DNA of 64,000 nucleotides from the NCBI GenBank assembly GCA_002269645.1, contig NIVC01000900.1, positions 186,001 through 250,000 of the forward strand. The letters run 5' to 3'. The first letter of the stretch is position 1, and each line of letters begins with the position of its first letter. This stretch comes from Macrostomum lignano. Taxonomy: Eukaryota. Positions 37,701 to 53,970 of this stretch are shown one piece after another. Both the position numbers and the translations under genes were made by a program. The notes below the pieces were generated by a model. That model made no database searches. It worked only from the letters and a program-made list of their open reading frames with translations, and was not told the origin of the DNA.

Positions 37701-40700
37701 CTGTAGCTATAAGTTCAGAGACGCCTGCGATGCACACGAATTTAAGGGCCTATTGCTCTGCAGGAGCCACGAAAAAGTCGGCAAATGCAAACCCTATGGG
37801 ACAGGTCCAATTTCAGGACCGAAGCTCAATCTAAGGTAGACTTAATGAATATTTTGTTGACAGCTGAGTGTCTTGTTAAATACCTGGGTGTCTAGTTAAG
37901 CCACAGAGTACCACAGAATGCTCAGCCGACTAGTAAAATCGAATGTGTATCTAATTAAAACACCATAGATGCAACGTTTCCTGTGATGATTTATAATTGT
38001 CGTAACTACTCGTAATATATAATATCAAAGTAGCAGAGTTGACTGCTTGTAGAGCAGTCGATTCATATTGTTTTCATACAAAATATTAAAGCAGTACAGT
38101 TTACTTTTTCCTGAGCAAACAACGTGAACGATTGTCAGAAAACTTAAGTGGCAAGCTCTTGTGGTGCTTATAAATTAATAATGGATTCTACTGTATACCA
38201 AACAATTTAACCTAAGATCCAAGGACGACTTAAGTAGAAGGACGGGAAACCTCGTTTCTTAGAAAAGTTTTGAAGGCACTTTTTCCCGAAAAAATACACT
38301 ACGGAGATAGGAAGTTTTCATTTTTTCAGCACAAAAATTGTTATTGCGTTTGATAGGAGGCAGATCCAGTGTTCATCTTTTGATATGTTGTGCCTTTTTT
38401 ATTGCTCTATCGATATTTACAAAGCTCCTCGTTCAGAAAATTAGGATTCTATGCTAATTTTTGATTCTACGTATATTTCCTGTATCTAAAAATCACAAAA
38501 ATGCATGACACAGCTCCAATATTTGGTTTTATGAACCTATTTTATCATCTCTGTTACAAATATTTGCTACACAGTCGGGTAAGAATGATAAAAAAGACTC
38601 ATGAAGCTAAAGAGCCGAGCCGTGGCATTCTAATGTATTTCAAGCACAAGACACGCGAAAATATACGTAGAATAAAAAATTAACATGAATCCTAATTTTC
38701 TGAACGAAAAGCTTTATAAATATCGATAGAGCAATAAAAAAGGCACAACATATCAAAAGATGAACACTGGATCTGCCTCCTATCAAACGCAATAACAATT
38801 TTTGTGCTGAAAAAATGAAAACTTCCTATCTCCGTAGTGTATTTTTTCGGGAAAAAGTGCCTTCAAAACTTTTCTAAGAAACGAGGTTTCCCGTCCTTCT
38901 ACTTAAGTCGTCCTTGCTAAGATCACGTGGCTCTTTGCTGATCTATAATTATTCAAAAATACAAAACAATTAAAATCACAAGCCCATGCCAGTGATATAG
39001 TCTATGGTGATTCTTCTCCCTACTACTTTCCCACAGCTTCACAGGAAGAGTAGTACAAAGCGAAAGGAATTCAAAAAATTCTCATTGAGATTTTTTCTTC
39101 GTTCTGGGGTATTCTGTGGACTAAGCAGTAACTGAATAATTTTTTGTTGTCTAAATGGTTTTAGGCTTTGATAATGCTTTGATAATGGATAAATAATCAG
39201 CGGTCCCAGTGCGTGATAACGATTGTCTGGCGATCGCCGGCAGGCGCGAGCTTTAGACAAATCGTTGTCACGTGCTGCGACCGCTGATTCTTTACATTGT
39301 TTTTCTATTTGACGATCCTACAGACAATGCATTTTTGTAGTAATGGATTGTTCTGCATTAAAAATGTGAATAATGATCGCCAAATTGCTAAACAATGACA
39401 ATTAACTATGCCCAAATGAAGACAAATATTTGTGTGCGTTGGTGCATTGGTTTCAGTGCGTTGGCTTCTAGATAAACGTTCGCGCAACACTTATTGCGTT
39501 GTTGCAGTTATTACTTCTTTGATTTTAATCCCGACATAGGGCTTATCAGTGTCAGTGCTTCTCCTCCAAGTACATTCGATGGGTCGGAAAAACAGGCGAA
39601 GAATGCCGGCAGTGGATACCCAGCCTGTGGCACGACAGAAGCCAGCGCTGCGGCTACGACTTCTTACTAGCCAGACCTGACATGCTGGTCAAGCACTGCA
39701 ACCAGATCGGCTGCACCGAGGCCTCGATTCGCAGCTACATAGCCGACTTGGAGGCAGCTGGTCACGCCTGCGGCGGTCTCGGCTCCTGCAGTCCCGGTCC
39801 ATTGAACATGAGCACCGATATGCGGATGTCGGCCTATTGCCAGTGCAAGCTCGGCAAGGCTGGTAAACTTTGCGAAAGCGTTTACGCCTCTTATGTTGAG
39901 TGGACGCCATGGACCGTGTGTTACGATAAAGGACTTGGTGGGTTGTTTTCTTGTTTTATTACTACTAAGTCAGCTTTTTGCATTAGCTGTTTTGTTGGAG
40001 CAAACGCATCAGTGCTCAGATGGGATCCGCGGTGATGTCAGAAAGTCGCAATGAAAATTCCTAGCTCAGACATTTATCGAATCAAATCACTGAAATCCCA
40101 ACTGTCGGGTCAAAATATGACTTTCCAGGTTTCAGCCATCAAGGATGTTTGACCGCTACAATGCCCAGTCTTCACTTTCTAGCTATTTTTTTATTAGAGG
40201 CAGAGGTGTTGTGTGCACCCTGGCGCACTTTAAGCGACATAGGCACACAACCGGCGAGAGGCATTGCTGCCCATTCCGCCGACTCCCCTGAGCAGACATA
40301 CAAGCGCGCGGATACGTACGCAGGCACACACTCACACAGGAGTGTACAGCGGCCCTGATTTTCTGATTTTTGTTTTCGTCCGCAAGTCTCAAATGAATGC
40401 AGCCTGTCGTGGCTCTGTTCAACCCACCTCACAAACTTGACATTGCATTGAAAGAGTAACAAAAACAATTTTCAGTGCTAGCCAAGCAGAGAGGTCGGCT
40501 CCGATTCAGGCACTGCCAAGAATTGCATCAGAAACAAGTCGGCAGCCCGCCGCTCTGCGTCAATGGCAAAACTGAACAACTGCCCTGTCCAGATGTTGCC
40601 GAGCATCTGGAGGAGACTTTGACTCATTCGGACTATGGAGTGACATCGCAGGCGGTCATTTCAATGTGGCGAATCGTTGAACTATTGATCCTGACCGATC

Positions 40701-40819
40701 TACTGCTGGTTGGAATGCTTGCAGGAGCCCTGATCTACCACAGGATCGTGCTGGGCGGGTGGGGAGTTGAAGAGCCCAAAGCTGAAAAAGAAGCAGATTC
40801 TGCACCGCAGAAAGCTTGA
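34789..40819 (+). CDS. type-I membrane protein with signal peptide, several EGF-like modules, one TSP1-like repeat and a C-terminal TM helix
   Basis: Firm exons are 34789-35176, 36254-36608, 37275-37395, 37539-37835, 39540-39937 and 40476-40819, phase-consistent from 36254 on. Motifs: YFCFCEEGYRW, CICKTGYGNLDC, YQCQC, CQCKLGKAGKLCE, YVEWTPWTVC...RLRFRHC...C.NG...QLPC, and TM IVELLILTDLLLVGMLAGALIY. The linkage 35177-36253 is unresolved. Confidence 0.85.
36060..36180 (+). repeat. 9-nt repeat, possibly coding (GPS)n
   Basis: Unit GGACCTTCG/GGACCTTCA, flanked by acceptor-like cccgcag| (36056) and donor |gtaaga (36214). Confidence 0.8.
36635..37230. repeat. 20-nt minisatellite in an intron of the EGF/TSP1 gene
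   Basis: Units ACCAGACACCCGAATACTTT and ACCAGACACGGGAATACTTT. Confidence 0.96.
38220..38916. mobile_element. 697-bp non-autonomous DNA transposon with 230-bp TIRs (P-superfamily-like)
   Basis: TIRs 38220-38449 and 38687-38916, with about 3 mismatches. Termini CAAGG...CCTTG. Perfect 8-bp TSD CTAAGATC (38212-38219, 38917-38924). Confidence 0.9.
40181..40360 (+). repeat. ~185-bp dispersed element, copy 1 (last intron of the EGF/TSP1 gene)
   Basis: Reverse-complement match to 43336-43527, roughly 85% identical by eye. Confidence 0.88.
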
Positions 40820-41294
40820 GACTTAATTTGATGAAGCTTGATGTCAAATTTATATCTGATCGATATCTCATCAATATCTGATCGATTTCTAACCAATATC
40901 TAATCGATATCTATCCAATAACGAAGCAACAGTTACCTGTTCTCAATCTCTAATTAATCTATTAGATCATTTGTTGCTAGTTTTTCATTGTTTACATAAC
41001 CGCGAATACCGCTCACATGGAGTAGACAGATAGAAAACTTCTAACTAATGCTACAGTCTAACTGTTTAAGCAGAAAGTCGAATAAAAACGAGTTAGTTTA
41101 TTGATCGCGTTTTGTTTTATTTGGCACCTGGCCTAAGCAGGAGAGTCCTAATTGAAATTAAGCTAGTTTTCGTGTGCGTTTGATATATTTTTATGCTGTC
41201 TACTATTATTAGTCTGATAGGATTGCGAGTAATAGAAGCAAAAAGTAAATTTTCTCAAGTCCTTGGCACTAAAATTATAATATTCGTAGTTTTT

Positions 41295-44789
<3,495 letters not shown>

Positions 44790-45473
44790 TGCTACTCAAA
44801 CCGGACCAGTTCGGAACTAAAGCCACGTCAGCTTAATCTTAAAAGCAAGAACTTCTCAACGAGCATTGTTTGAAATAGTCGTCCACTTAAGAAGCATACT
44901 AGTAGAAGTCATTCAGCTATGAATTTCAGCTGCTTGAAACACTGCGCGTTCAGCATTGCCTGCTCTGTAGCCTCTGCATTGAAGTTGCAGAAACTTCTGG
45001 TGACGATTGGGGGCGCAATGTGCAGTTCTGAGCAGTCTGAGTCACTGTGGCCCGATAATTTGCTTGTCGGACTGCTTTGAGAAGAGAATACGCTCTTGCT
45101 GAGGCTACATGGGCAAATACAAAGCCCAAGTATGACCAACCGGCATTGGGCAGAGAGGCGTCGGGTGTTCTGCATGCATTTGCCTCTTTTCCTGTCAATT
45201 GTTAATATTTTAATCAAAATAACAGTAATCTTACTCAGCAAAATCAGTCAAAATCAGTCCTGGGTGGGTAACCAATACCTGAGATTTGTCCACCAATCAG
45301 ATTTTCCGGGTTTACCAATTCCAATGCAAGGGCAATACATTCACCCTATAAGTATCTCCGCAAGTTAAAGCGGTATCGAGTTCTGATGGCCAAGATCGAG
45401 TTCCACTCCCCCTGATGAATTTCAAAAACAATAAACTTTCACAGCTTACTGAATTTTTTTAGCTCTTGCCAGC

Positions 45474-47433
45474 ATGCTAGCTTTGTTGAGCACATTTGGG
45501 CAATTATTGTGCCTCATTGCCATCGCCTCGGCGTCCATCGTGGGGCTCACCGACTACGACAGACTGGTCGCCTGTCCGTCAGACGACCTACCCGCTGATG
45601 GAGTGCGGAAGCTGGAGCTTCATCAACTGCCTGAACGCAGCATCGCTGGCTGCGTGCTGAGCTGCCACACGACAGAGAGCTGTGCAGCTGCCAGCATGGT
45701 CGCTGAGCATCGCTGGTGTCTGCTGGCGACTGCCGAGGCCTTCCTCACTGCATGGCTGCACGGACACGGCCAGTGCGACTCGTTTGTGAACAGGCGGAGG
45801 CTGGCAAAGTTCCAGCAGGGTGAGGAGTCACGAGTGAATGCAGCTGTGCCCATGCAGTGCGTGACTGCAGCTGTGCCCATGCAGTGTGTGACTGCAGCTG
45901 TGCCCATGCAGTGTGTGACTGCAGCTGTGCCCATGCAGTGCGTGACTGCAGCTGTGCCCATGCAGTGTGTGACTGCAGCTGTGCCCATGCAGTGTGTGAC
46001 TGCAGCTGTGCCCATGCAGTGCGTGACTGCAGCTGTGCCCATGCAGTGTGTGACCGCAGTTGTGCCCATGCAGTGCGTAACTGCAGCTGTACCCATGCAG
46101 TGTGTGACTGCAGCTGTACCCATGCAGTGTGTGACTGCAGCTGTACCCAGTTCACTCACTGGCGAGTTCATCCATGCACCGATGTGCTCATATCGTTACA
46201 TCGTTATCGAATTGCAGCTCACACGACCGACCTGCCCAGCAGCATCGCGGTGAGCTCGCTGCGGATTCTGTACCACTTCCGTGTGGGCTCGTTCAACCTG
46301 GCGCCTGTGCACCGGAATCCGCACACTCCGGTGCTCGTGTCGGCTGTGCTCAACCGGTCTGCGGGCGCGTTCGTGACGGGAGAGTCTGGCTCCTTCATCG
46401 GTGTGAGCACGGCCGACGGAATCGAGGACCTGTTTGTGCCCGAGCCCAACGTGACCGTGTTCATGCGAGCTAAGTTCGACTTCAACGGAGAGTGAGTTCC
46501 AAGGAAAGGCATGTTTGAGTGTCATTCTGAACATCCCAGTGAAACTGTGTTTTTTACAAAAAATCTGTAGCTGGGTTTTTGGACAAAAAGGATTCAAGTG
46601 AATTTTCTTATTTGTGTTTCTTATACTTGTTATTGCTGTGCAACTGACTAAGAAACTTGTATATAATTACAGAGAAATTTACAACTACTTTTACTACTTA
46701 TTCAACTGCGAAGACAACGCATATGGTAATTACCTGGCTATGAAAAACGATGAACGGCTCAAGATGAGCTACCAGCAATCGAATTCGACAGCTTACTGGT
46801 ACTACGAATATCTAAGCAAACCAAACAGCTTTCCAACCAGCACCTCGGGCGCCTATCGCGGCTTTGGATTCGTTCTGGATGCAAGCGTCACTGAGGCGAA
46901 GTTTTACAACTCCGCTTCTGGCGGAACCTCAACCGTGGAAGTCGAGGCTTCCACTTCTGATTCCGGAATCAAAGAGGCCAATTTCAATTGCATGAGGTTC
47001 GTCTTTATGCACCAGTAAATCTTCTATCTGTGTAGCTAATTGCAAAGACAGAATGAAAAATCACAGGGCAGTCTTAACCTACACATATATACATGTATAC
47101 AATTAACCATCATAGAGTTTAGTGATTTTGTATCGTATTAACGACATATCTACGAAGGTATTAGGTACGGAAAGGCAAAGGATCCAACTACAAAATGATC
47201 TTGGTTTGTCACATTTAGAACTATTTTTTAAATATTGGATATTATTAATACGGCATTATTATAATCGTAGCACTTTCCAAATTCAACATCCCAGAATCGG
47301 AGTGTTCGAACCGGACGCAATCGGGCGCTGCCTTCGAGGCTTCGTCGAGTGCTTCGCCATCTTCAGCGGTCAGCTCAGTGCCGCCCAGTTCCAGCAGCTG
47401 AACGCCTGGTGCGCCAACAAGAATTCTGCTTGA
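45474..47433 (+). CDS. PAN/Apple + ConA/LamG-like secreted protein, copy B, 360 aa, 4 exons
   Basis: Exons 45474-45819, 46218-46491, 46673-46996 and 47295-47433; GT-AG and phase-consistent. Signal peptide, PAN-like Cys pattern, C-terminus LRGFVECFAIFSGQLSAAQFQQL. Confidence 0.9.
45838..46148. repeat. 27-nt minisatellite in intron 1 of copy B (same family as 33355-33755, inverted)
   Basis: Unit CTGCAGCTGTGCCCATGCAGTGTGTGA, about 11.5 copies. Confidence 0.97.
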
Positions 47434-47917
47434 AGCTGAAGAGGACACGGCAAACGTTTCAAGCTTGAAGTTTATTACCTGCGTTATTGTTGGAACTTTC
47501 ATAAACTAGTCTGAATCGATCTGCGGCATGGCAACAATATGTTTGTTTATCGACTGTTCGCAATTAAAAAACCGGGATTTTTTTGCTTTTTTAATTTTTT
47601 AGCTTAAACCAGCCGGATTTCCTTGTCCTTGCTTTCTGAAAATCAAGAGTTTGGTTCGGAAAAAAATTGAACAAAAATCTAAATCAGTTAGTGATGCATT
47701 GTTAAACTGAATCAAAAATAAAAAAACTGGAGGCGGTCTCTGAGTCAGACAATGGAAAAGAGGCTTTTTCAAATGAAATTTCCGAAAACGGAAGTTCGGA
47801 TGCAGCAGTTCAAAGAAAAACAAAGCGGGAAGCAAAAAAGTTTTTATTGCTGCTTCAACCATTGAATCGGGTTTTGTGATTAAAAAAGTTTAAATTAAAT
47901 GACAAAAGTTTGATTGC

Positions 47918-49126
<1,209 letters not shown>

Positions 49127-49647
49127 AGATAGCGAGAAAGAGCGAGCGAAGCGAGCTCTTTCGAGCTTGCTTGCCGCAGCCAGTCAAGCTGAAAGCACGC
49201 ACACAAGATCACCGGAAACGATTAAGGCAGCTGGAAAGCCAATGGGCGCGGTAAGCGCTTTTATACAGAGGAACTACCTGCTGGAACCAGCCATGCCGAA
49301 CGAAAATCAGACTACTCAAGTAGTGCAAAAGAGTACGTGCAACTACCGAGAAATCTAATTTTCGTAACCGCTCCGGTGCAGGTCCTGGCTATAGATAGAA
49401 GATAGGTACAGCGTATACATTAGCTGACACGAATTTTTTAATTAACATTTATATTGTTGACAATAGAATATATATTTATGCTGATAATATCCTTTTTTGT
49501 CAGTGTAATATATCGTATAATATAGAAAGTGACAGACATTTGTATCAGAGTAGCTCATATTGTTATTCAATTTCAAGTCAAGCTATAAGCAAGGCTTTTA
49601 ATTTTTTTCGAATTTTATTCTGCTATAACAGTACCTAGAAAGTTCCT

Positions 49648-49876
49648 GAGGTTGTAGCCTAGTGGTCAGAGCGTCGGACTTACAACTTGAAGGTGGGGGT
49701 TCGATTCTTGACTCACTCGAAACAATTAGTGTCCTTGAGCAAGACACTTAACTCTGCATTGCTTCAGTTCACCCAGCTGTAAAATGGGTGCCAGCATTAG
49801 CTGGGGTAATTGAGGCTGTGTGTGGCGACCCCACCCCCCCCCCCCAGTCCATGGACTGAACAGCCGAACGCAGCTT
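49648..49876 (+). mobile_element. tRNA-derived CORE-type SINE, copy 1
   Basis: A box TAGCCTAGTGG and B box GGTTCGATTC. The body GTGTCCTTGAGCAAGACACTTAACTCTGCATTGCTTCAGTTCACCCAGCTGTAAAATGGG resembles the MIR/CORE domain. A second copy is at 63527. Confidence 0.88.
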
Positions 49877-50145
49877 TCAGATGCGCCGCGCAATTGCTGC
49901 GGCTGAGCTTTCGGTTGCACATCTGGCCATTAGGGCAGGTGTAATCAGTCGAAGTTTAACTTCTTTATAGAAACATGCCCATGGCTACTTCACGTAATAT
50001 CTTTAAGAAGTAAATTTTAAGAAAACATTCATATCTTGCTGCAAATATTCTAGCTGCAGCCAGCACTGCTATCCACTCTTTTAATTAATCAATCAGCTGC
50101 TCTTGTTTTTCAACTCTTAATCTTGATCAATTAGGTGTCCTTGGC

Positions 50146-52089
50146 TCAGCCCATCGAGCAGTAGTCCTGCAGCTGCTGGAACTCCGATCCGGTGAGGCTC
50201 CGACTGCTCATACCGTAGCAGCGGATTGTGCCCTTGAAACTCCAATCATTTCTCAGGCTATAGCCAAGTTTCAGACACCCGAAGCGACCCTCAGGAGCGC
50301 TCCCGATGCTTCCATTTCGCGATGGCTCAGCGTGCGTGATGCTTCCGTTGAAATAAAATTTCACACTTTCGGCATTGGCAGAGAACGCAGAGCCAACTGA
50401 GATCAAACCGATTGAGTCATCGTTAGTAAACACGTTGTAAGCTGACCAACGTTGATACTGGAAATATCCGTTCATCCAATGAAAATAAGCGTACATCGTG
50501 CGACTATTTTTTGCCCAAGTGTTGGACGACTTGGTTCCGTTGCACTGTTGAATCCGGTGGTAGAATTTGTAGCTGAAAGTTTATTAATCAGGGTTTACGG
50601 GGTAAGACACTCAGATAATTTTTTTTTCAAACAGTCTTTACACCATGCAAGTATCCCCCAACTCACCTTCTGTCCAGTCCCCTCCTCACTCCCTGCCCCA
50701 GTCCCCCTCCTAACTCCCTGCCCCAGCCCTCCTCCTCACTCCCTGCACCAGCCCCCTTCCGGCACCAGTCCCCCTTCTCACTCTCTGCACCAGCCCCTCC
50801 CTCCTCACTTCCTGCCCCAGCCCTCCTCCTCACTCCCTGCACCAGCCCCCTTCCGGCACCAGTCCCCCTTCTCACTCTCTGCACCAGCCCCTCCCTCCTC
50901 ACTTCCTGCACCAGCCCCTCCTCACTCCCTGCCCCAGTCCCCCTCCTTACTTCCTGCACCAGCCCCCCTCCTCACTCCCTGCCCCATTCCCCCTCCTCAC
51001 TTCCTGCCCCAGCCCCCTCCTCACTCCCTGCACCAGCCTGCCTCCTCATTCCCTGCCCAGGCCCCCTAGTCCTTATTCTCTGCTCTGCTTATCTATATCA
51101 CTTTATCTCTTTCCTAATTGATCTCTAACTAATTAAACGATAGTTAAGATAGCGTTGAAATATTGTCTCACCCGCTCGTCATGTTATGCCTAGCTAGCAT
51201 GTAGAATGAATAATTTCTATTAAAGTCCAAATCGTGCTCAAGGCCAGGCGTCTTAGCAATCAGATAGGAGTCGTTGTGCCCCATCAGCTGGGCACCGTCG
51301 GTCCCAAGGTTCACGTTGCGAGCGGTGAGGCAATACTGCCTTGGATTCACCTCGTTCAGTAAGCCGCTGTGCGTGAATCGGTAAAACAATTTCATCTGCA
51401 GCTGGCTTAGTAGACCAGCGCGTTCTGAAATTATTCAAGAGGAATGCGTTGCGACAGCGACTCTATACGTGGGGGAAGTGTAGAGTCGAAGGATCGTCTG
51501 AGTTTCTTTTGCTGACCAAGAAGCGAAATCAAATCTTGTACAAGTTGGGTCTTCTTCGTCTTTGAATTGACTGCTCACAAACAACGGATAGACAAGTTTC
51601 TGAGCATCTTCTCACACAAATTGGCTTGCTGAAACAAGCACTCTCTGAATTTTTTATGTGAATCAAAAATATCGATGGGGCCAAGCGTGCACGAGTCAGT
51701 GTCGCTTCTTACGCAACAAAAAGAGCCCTTCTTGGCAGATTCACTCGTGCTAGCCACTTACTAGAAGCACCCGTATGCTGATAAGTGTCGCAGCTTCCAG
51801 ACGTCCATTGTTCCTCTGTCGAGCAGGAGTCGCCAGTGTAGCACAGCCGAGTGCCCGGATCAAAGTGGAAGGCGTCACAAAGCGGCTGCAGGCTGCAGTG
51901 CACCGAGCACTCAGCATTGCCGCTAACATTGGACGCCGCAATCACTGCAGCGTCGGTGGGGCAGAGCGAAGTGCGTTGGAATGTCAGACTGTCCGTTTGG
52001 AAGCCGAGAGCAGAAGACAGCTGGCACCAGCATGTCATTAGCATGGCAATCAGTAGACATAGCTTCGAAATTCGCGTGCAGTGGCACAT
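50146..52089 (-). CDS. PAN/Apple + ConA/LamG-like secreted protein, copy C, 335 aa, 3 exons
   Basis: Exons 52089-51762, 51424-51172 and 50572-50146, phase-consistent. Signal peptide, PAN (ECSVHCSLQPLCDAFHFDPGTRLCY), C-terminus FKGTIRCYGMSSRSLTGSEFQQL. Intron phases match copies A and B. Confidence 0.9.
50660..51065. repeat. C-rich degenerate minisatellite in intron 2 of copy C
   Basis: Recurrent CCTCCTCACTCCCTGCACCAGCCC motifs. Confidence 0.9.
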
Positions 52090-52369
52090 TTTCTAAAAAT
52101 TGTTGAGACAAAATGTTGACAAGATGGATTGGGAGTCCGCTTTAGCTCCATCATATTTTATCAGCACTGAGATTCCTACATGTGGGGAAATGTACGGGCG
52201 ATTCTATTGGCTCTTCGTCAAGTTGCCATTGGCTACGGAAGCTGCCTAATAAACCCCCACTTCATCCTAGTGTATTTCCTGTGTTTACTCTCAGATAATA
52301 CTGCTGAAGTTGCTTTCTCCGAGGAAATCAAATTTGCTCGGGAGTATCTGCTTCTACTGACATCGCGGC

Positions 52370-53970
52370 TATGATATGATATGACAGGCCTAAAAATCTA
52401 CATGAACTTGACTTACCTGACTTTGCTGCAGGGTGCTCCAGGCATCTGAATGCAGCGGGAGGCATTGAAGCCGAGTTCGCCTTAACCCTGGCGACGACGG
52501 GCAGCTGGTGCTGCGGTATAGCGCAGGGAGATCCGGTGGTGCCGGTGTCCGCAGCGCAGTCCCCCTCCGGGAGAGTCCAGAGGTAGATGGTCGCTCGCCC
52601 AAAAGCCCTCAGGTATCGGACGAGCAGCGAGCTGGCAAAAATGCTCGAGTCTGAAAACGTCGGAAAGGTCAGGAGTTGGGCGAGGTAGGTGAGCCTGTCC
52701 TTAGTAAATGTGGGGTATTCACAAATTAGATGAGAATGCTGAGAATGCTTTGCATTCTCAGAATCTAAGGGGATCTACCTTAGGAACACCTTGTTAGAGG
52801 CGCCTAAGCGGTTGAGCTGCCCGATACAGTCGAGGACTGTACGCGAGCAGGTGTTGGTTCGTTCAAGAGGGTGGATCGCCGCTTGACTGTCCAAGTGGGA
52901 GAGTAATCTCCTCCCGCAAGACTCGCAGATTGTAAAGCTTCATGGAGCAGGAGCTGATTGCGAGAACTTCATTCTGGAAGACGGTAGAGCAAGTGCCAGT
53001 GTGCTGGGAGAAGGTCGCCACGGTTCTCCCTCCAGAGTGGTGGAATGCTGGTTTTCAATTCAAGCAGAGGGCGGAGCTTGAACAGGATTCTGTCCAAAAG
53101 GGTCAGAAGGCCCTCCCGTAGCTTCTAGGTCTCTCAGGTTGAGGTCGCCGTGCGGCCGGAGGTTCCGTTTTCTGAAGGGGAACTGCTTCTGGGTGAGAAC
53201 ACCCGCGTCACGCAGTCTTTAGTCACAGACAAAGAAGTCCAGGGGCCGGGGAAGGTCCATGAAGGAGTTCACGCCAGCGAATGGCGTAGAGGGAGTCGCG
53301 CTCATGATGCCATGCGGCTTTAACTTACACCCTGTTGAGAGCATCAAGAACCCCTTTTACCTCTAGGGCACTGTTCGGGGTTGAGGCCCAGGTAGCGTCG
53401 AAAGCTCTGCGGATCTGCGCGAGAGTCGCGAGAGCTTTGCGGACTTTGATTTGGACGTGCGGGGTCCAGCTCAACCTGTGGTTGAGGGTGACGCCCAGAC
53501 ATCTGGTTTGTTTCTTCATGGTAACAGATTTGCCACAGAGAAAATCATCCAATTTCGGTGGCTGGTCTTCGGTGGTGAACACGGTGGTCACGGTTTTAGA
53601 CTCAGAGCTTAAGGCCGCAGCTGTGTGCCCAGCGCTTAGCACGGTGAATGAAGGCTTGGAAGAGGTCTCTTAGGACCACGGGTGATGTTCCAGCCACACT
53701 AGCGGTATAACATCATCCACATAGCCGATGTACCGGGTCCGGATATGGGCTGCTGAGTCATTAGTTTATGACCAAGTTCCAGAGAATCTGGCTAAGGACT
53801 CCACCTTTCTGAAGCTCCACAGAGCGGGACTGTCCGAGGAGATACTGGGATCAGGTGGCAGTCTGAAGTATCTGACGTGTAAATTTCGCCTTTGTTGACT
53901 CGCCGGGGAAGAATTTCCCGTTGGAGTTCCCCTTCAGCGTTCTCTCCAGCAGTCACTGCAGCCCAAAAAG
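52370..53970 (-). mobile_element. 5'-truncated, decayed non-LTR retrotransposon with RT and RNase H (LOA/R1/I-group-like)
   Basis: Broken minus-strand frames give GTPQ.EIL (~53920), YIGYVDD (~53720), CLGVTLNHRLSWTPHV, RNase H TVFQNEVLAI...DSQAAI...LNRLG, HLICEYP, and a (TCATA)n 3' tail at ~52375. Confidence 0.9.

Noticed and set aside
44909-45241. 110-aa ORF between calumenin and copy B
   Set aside because: No recognisable motif or splice partner; it lies in a short divergent promoter region.
49648-49720. tRNA gene (also 63527-63600)
   Set aside because: A and B boxes are present, but there is no complete cloverleaf or terminator and both are followed by the same SINE body.
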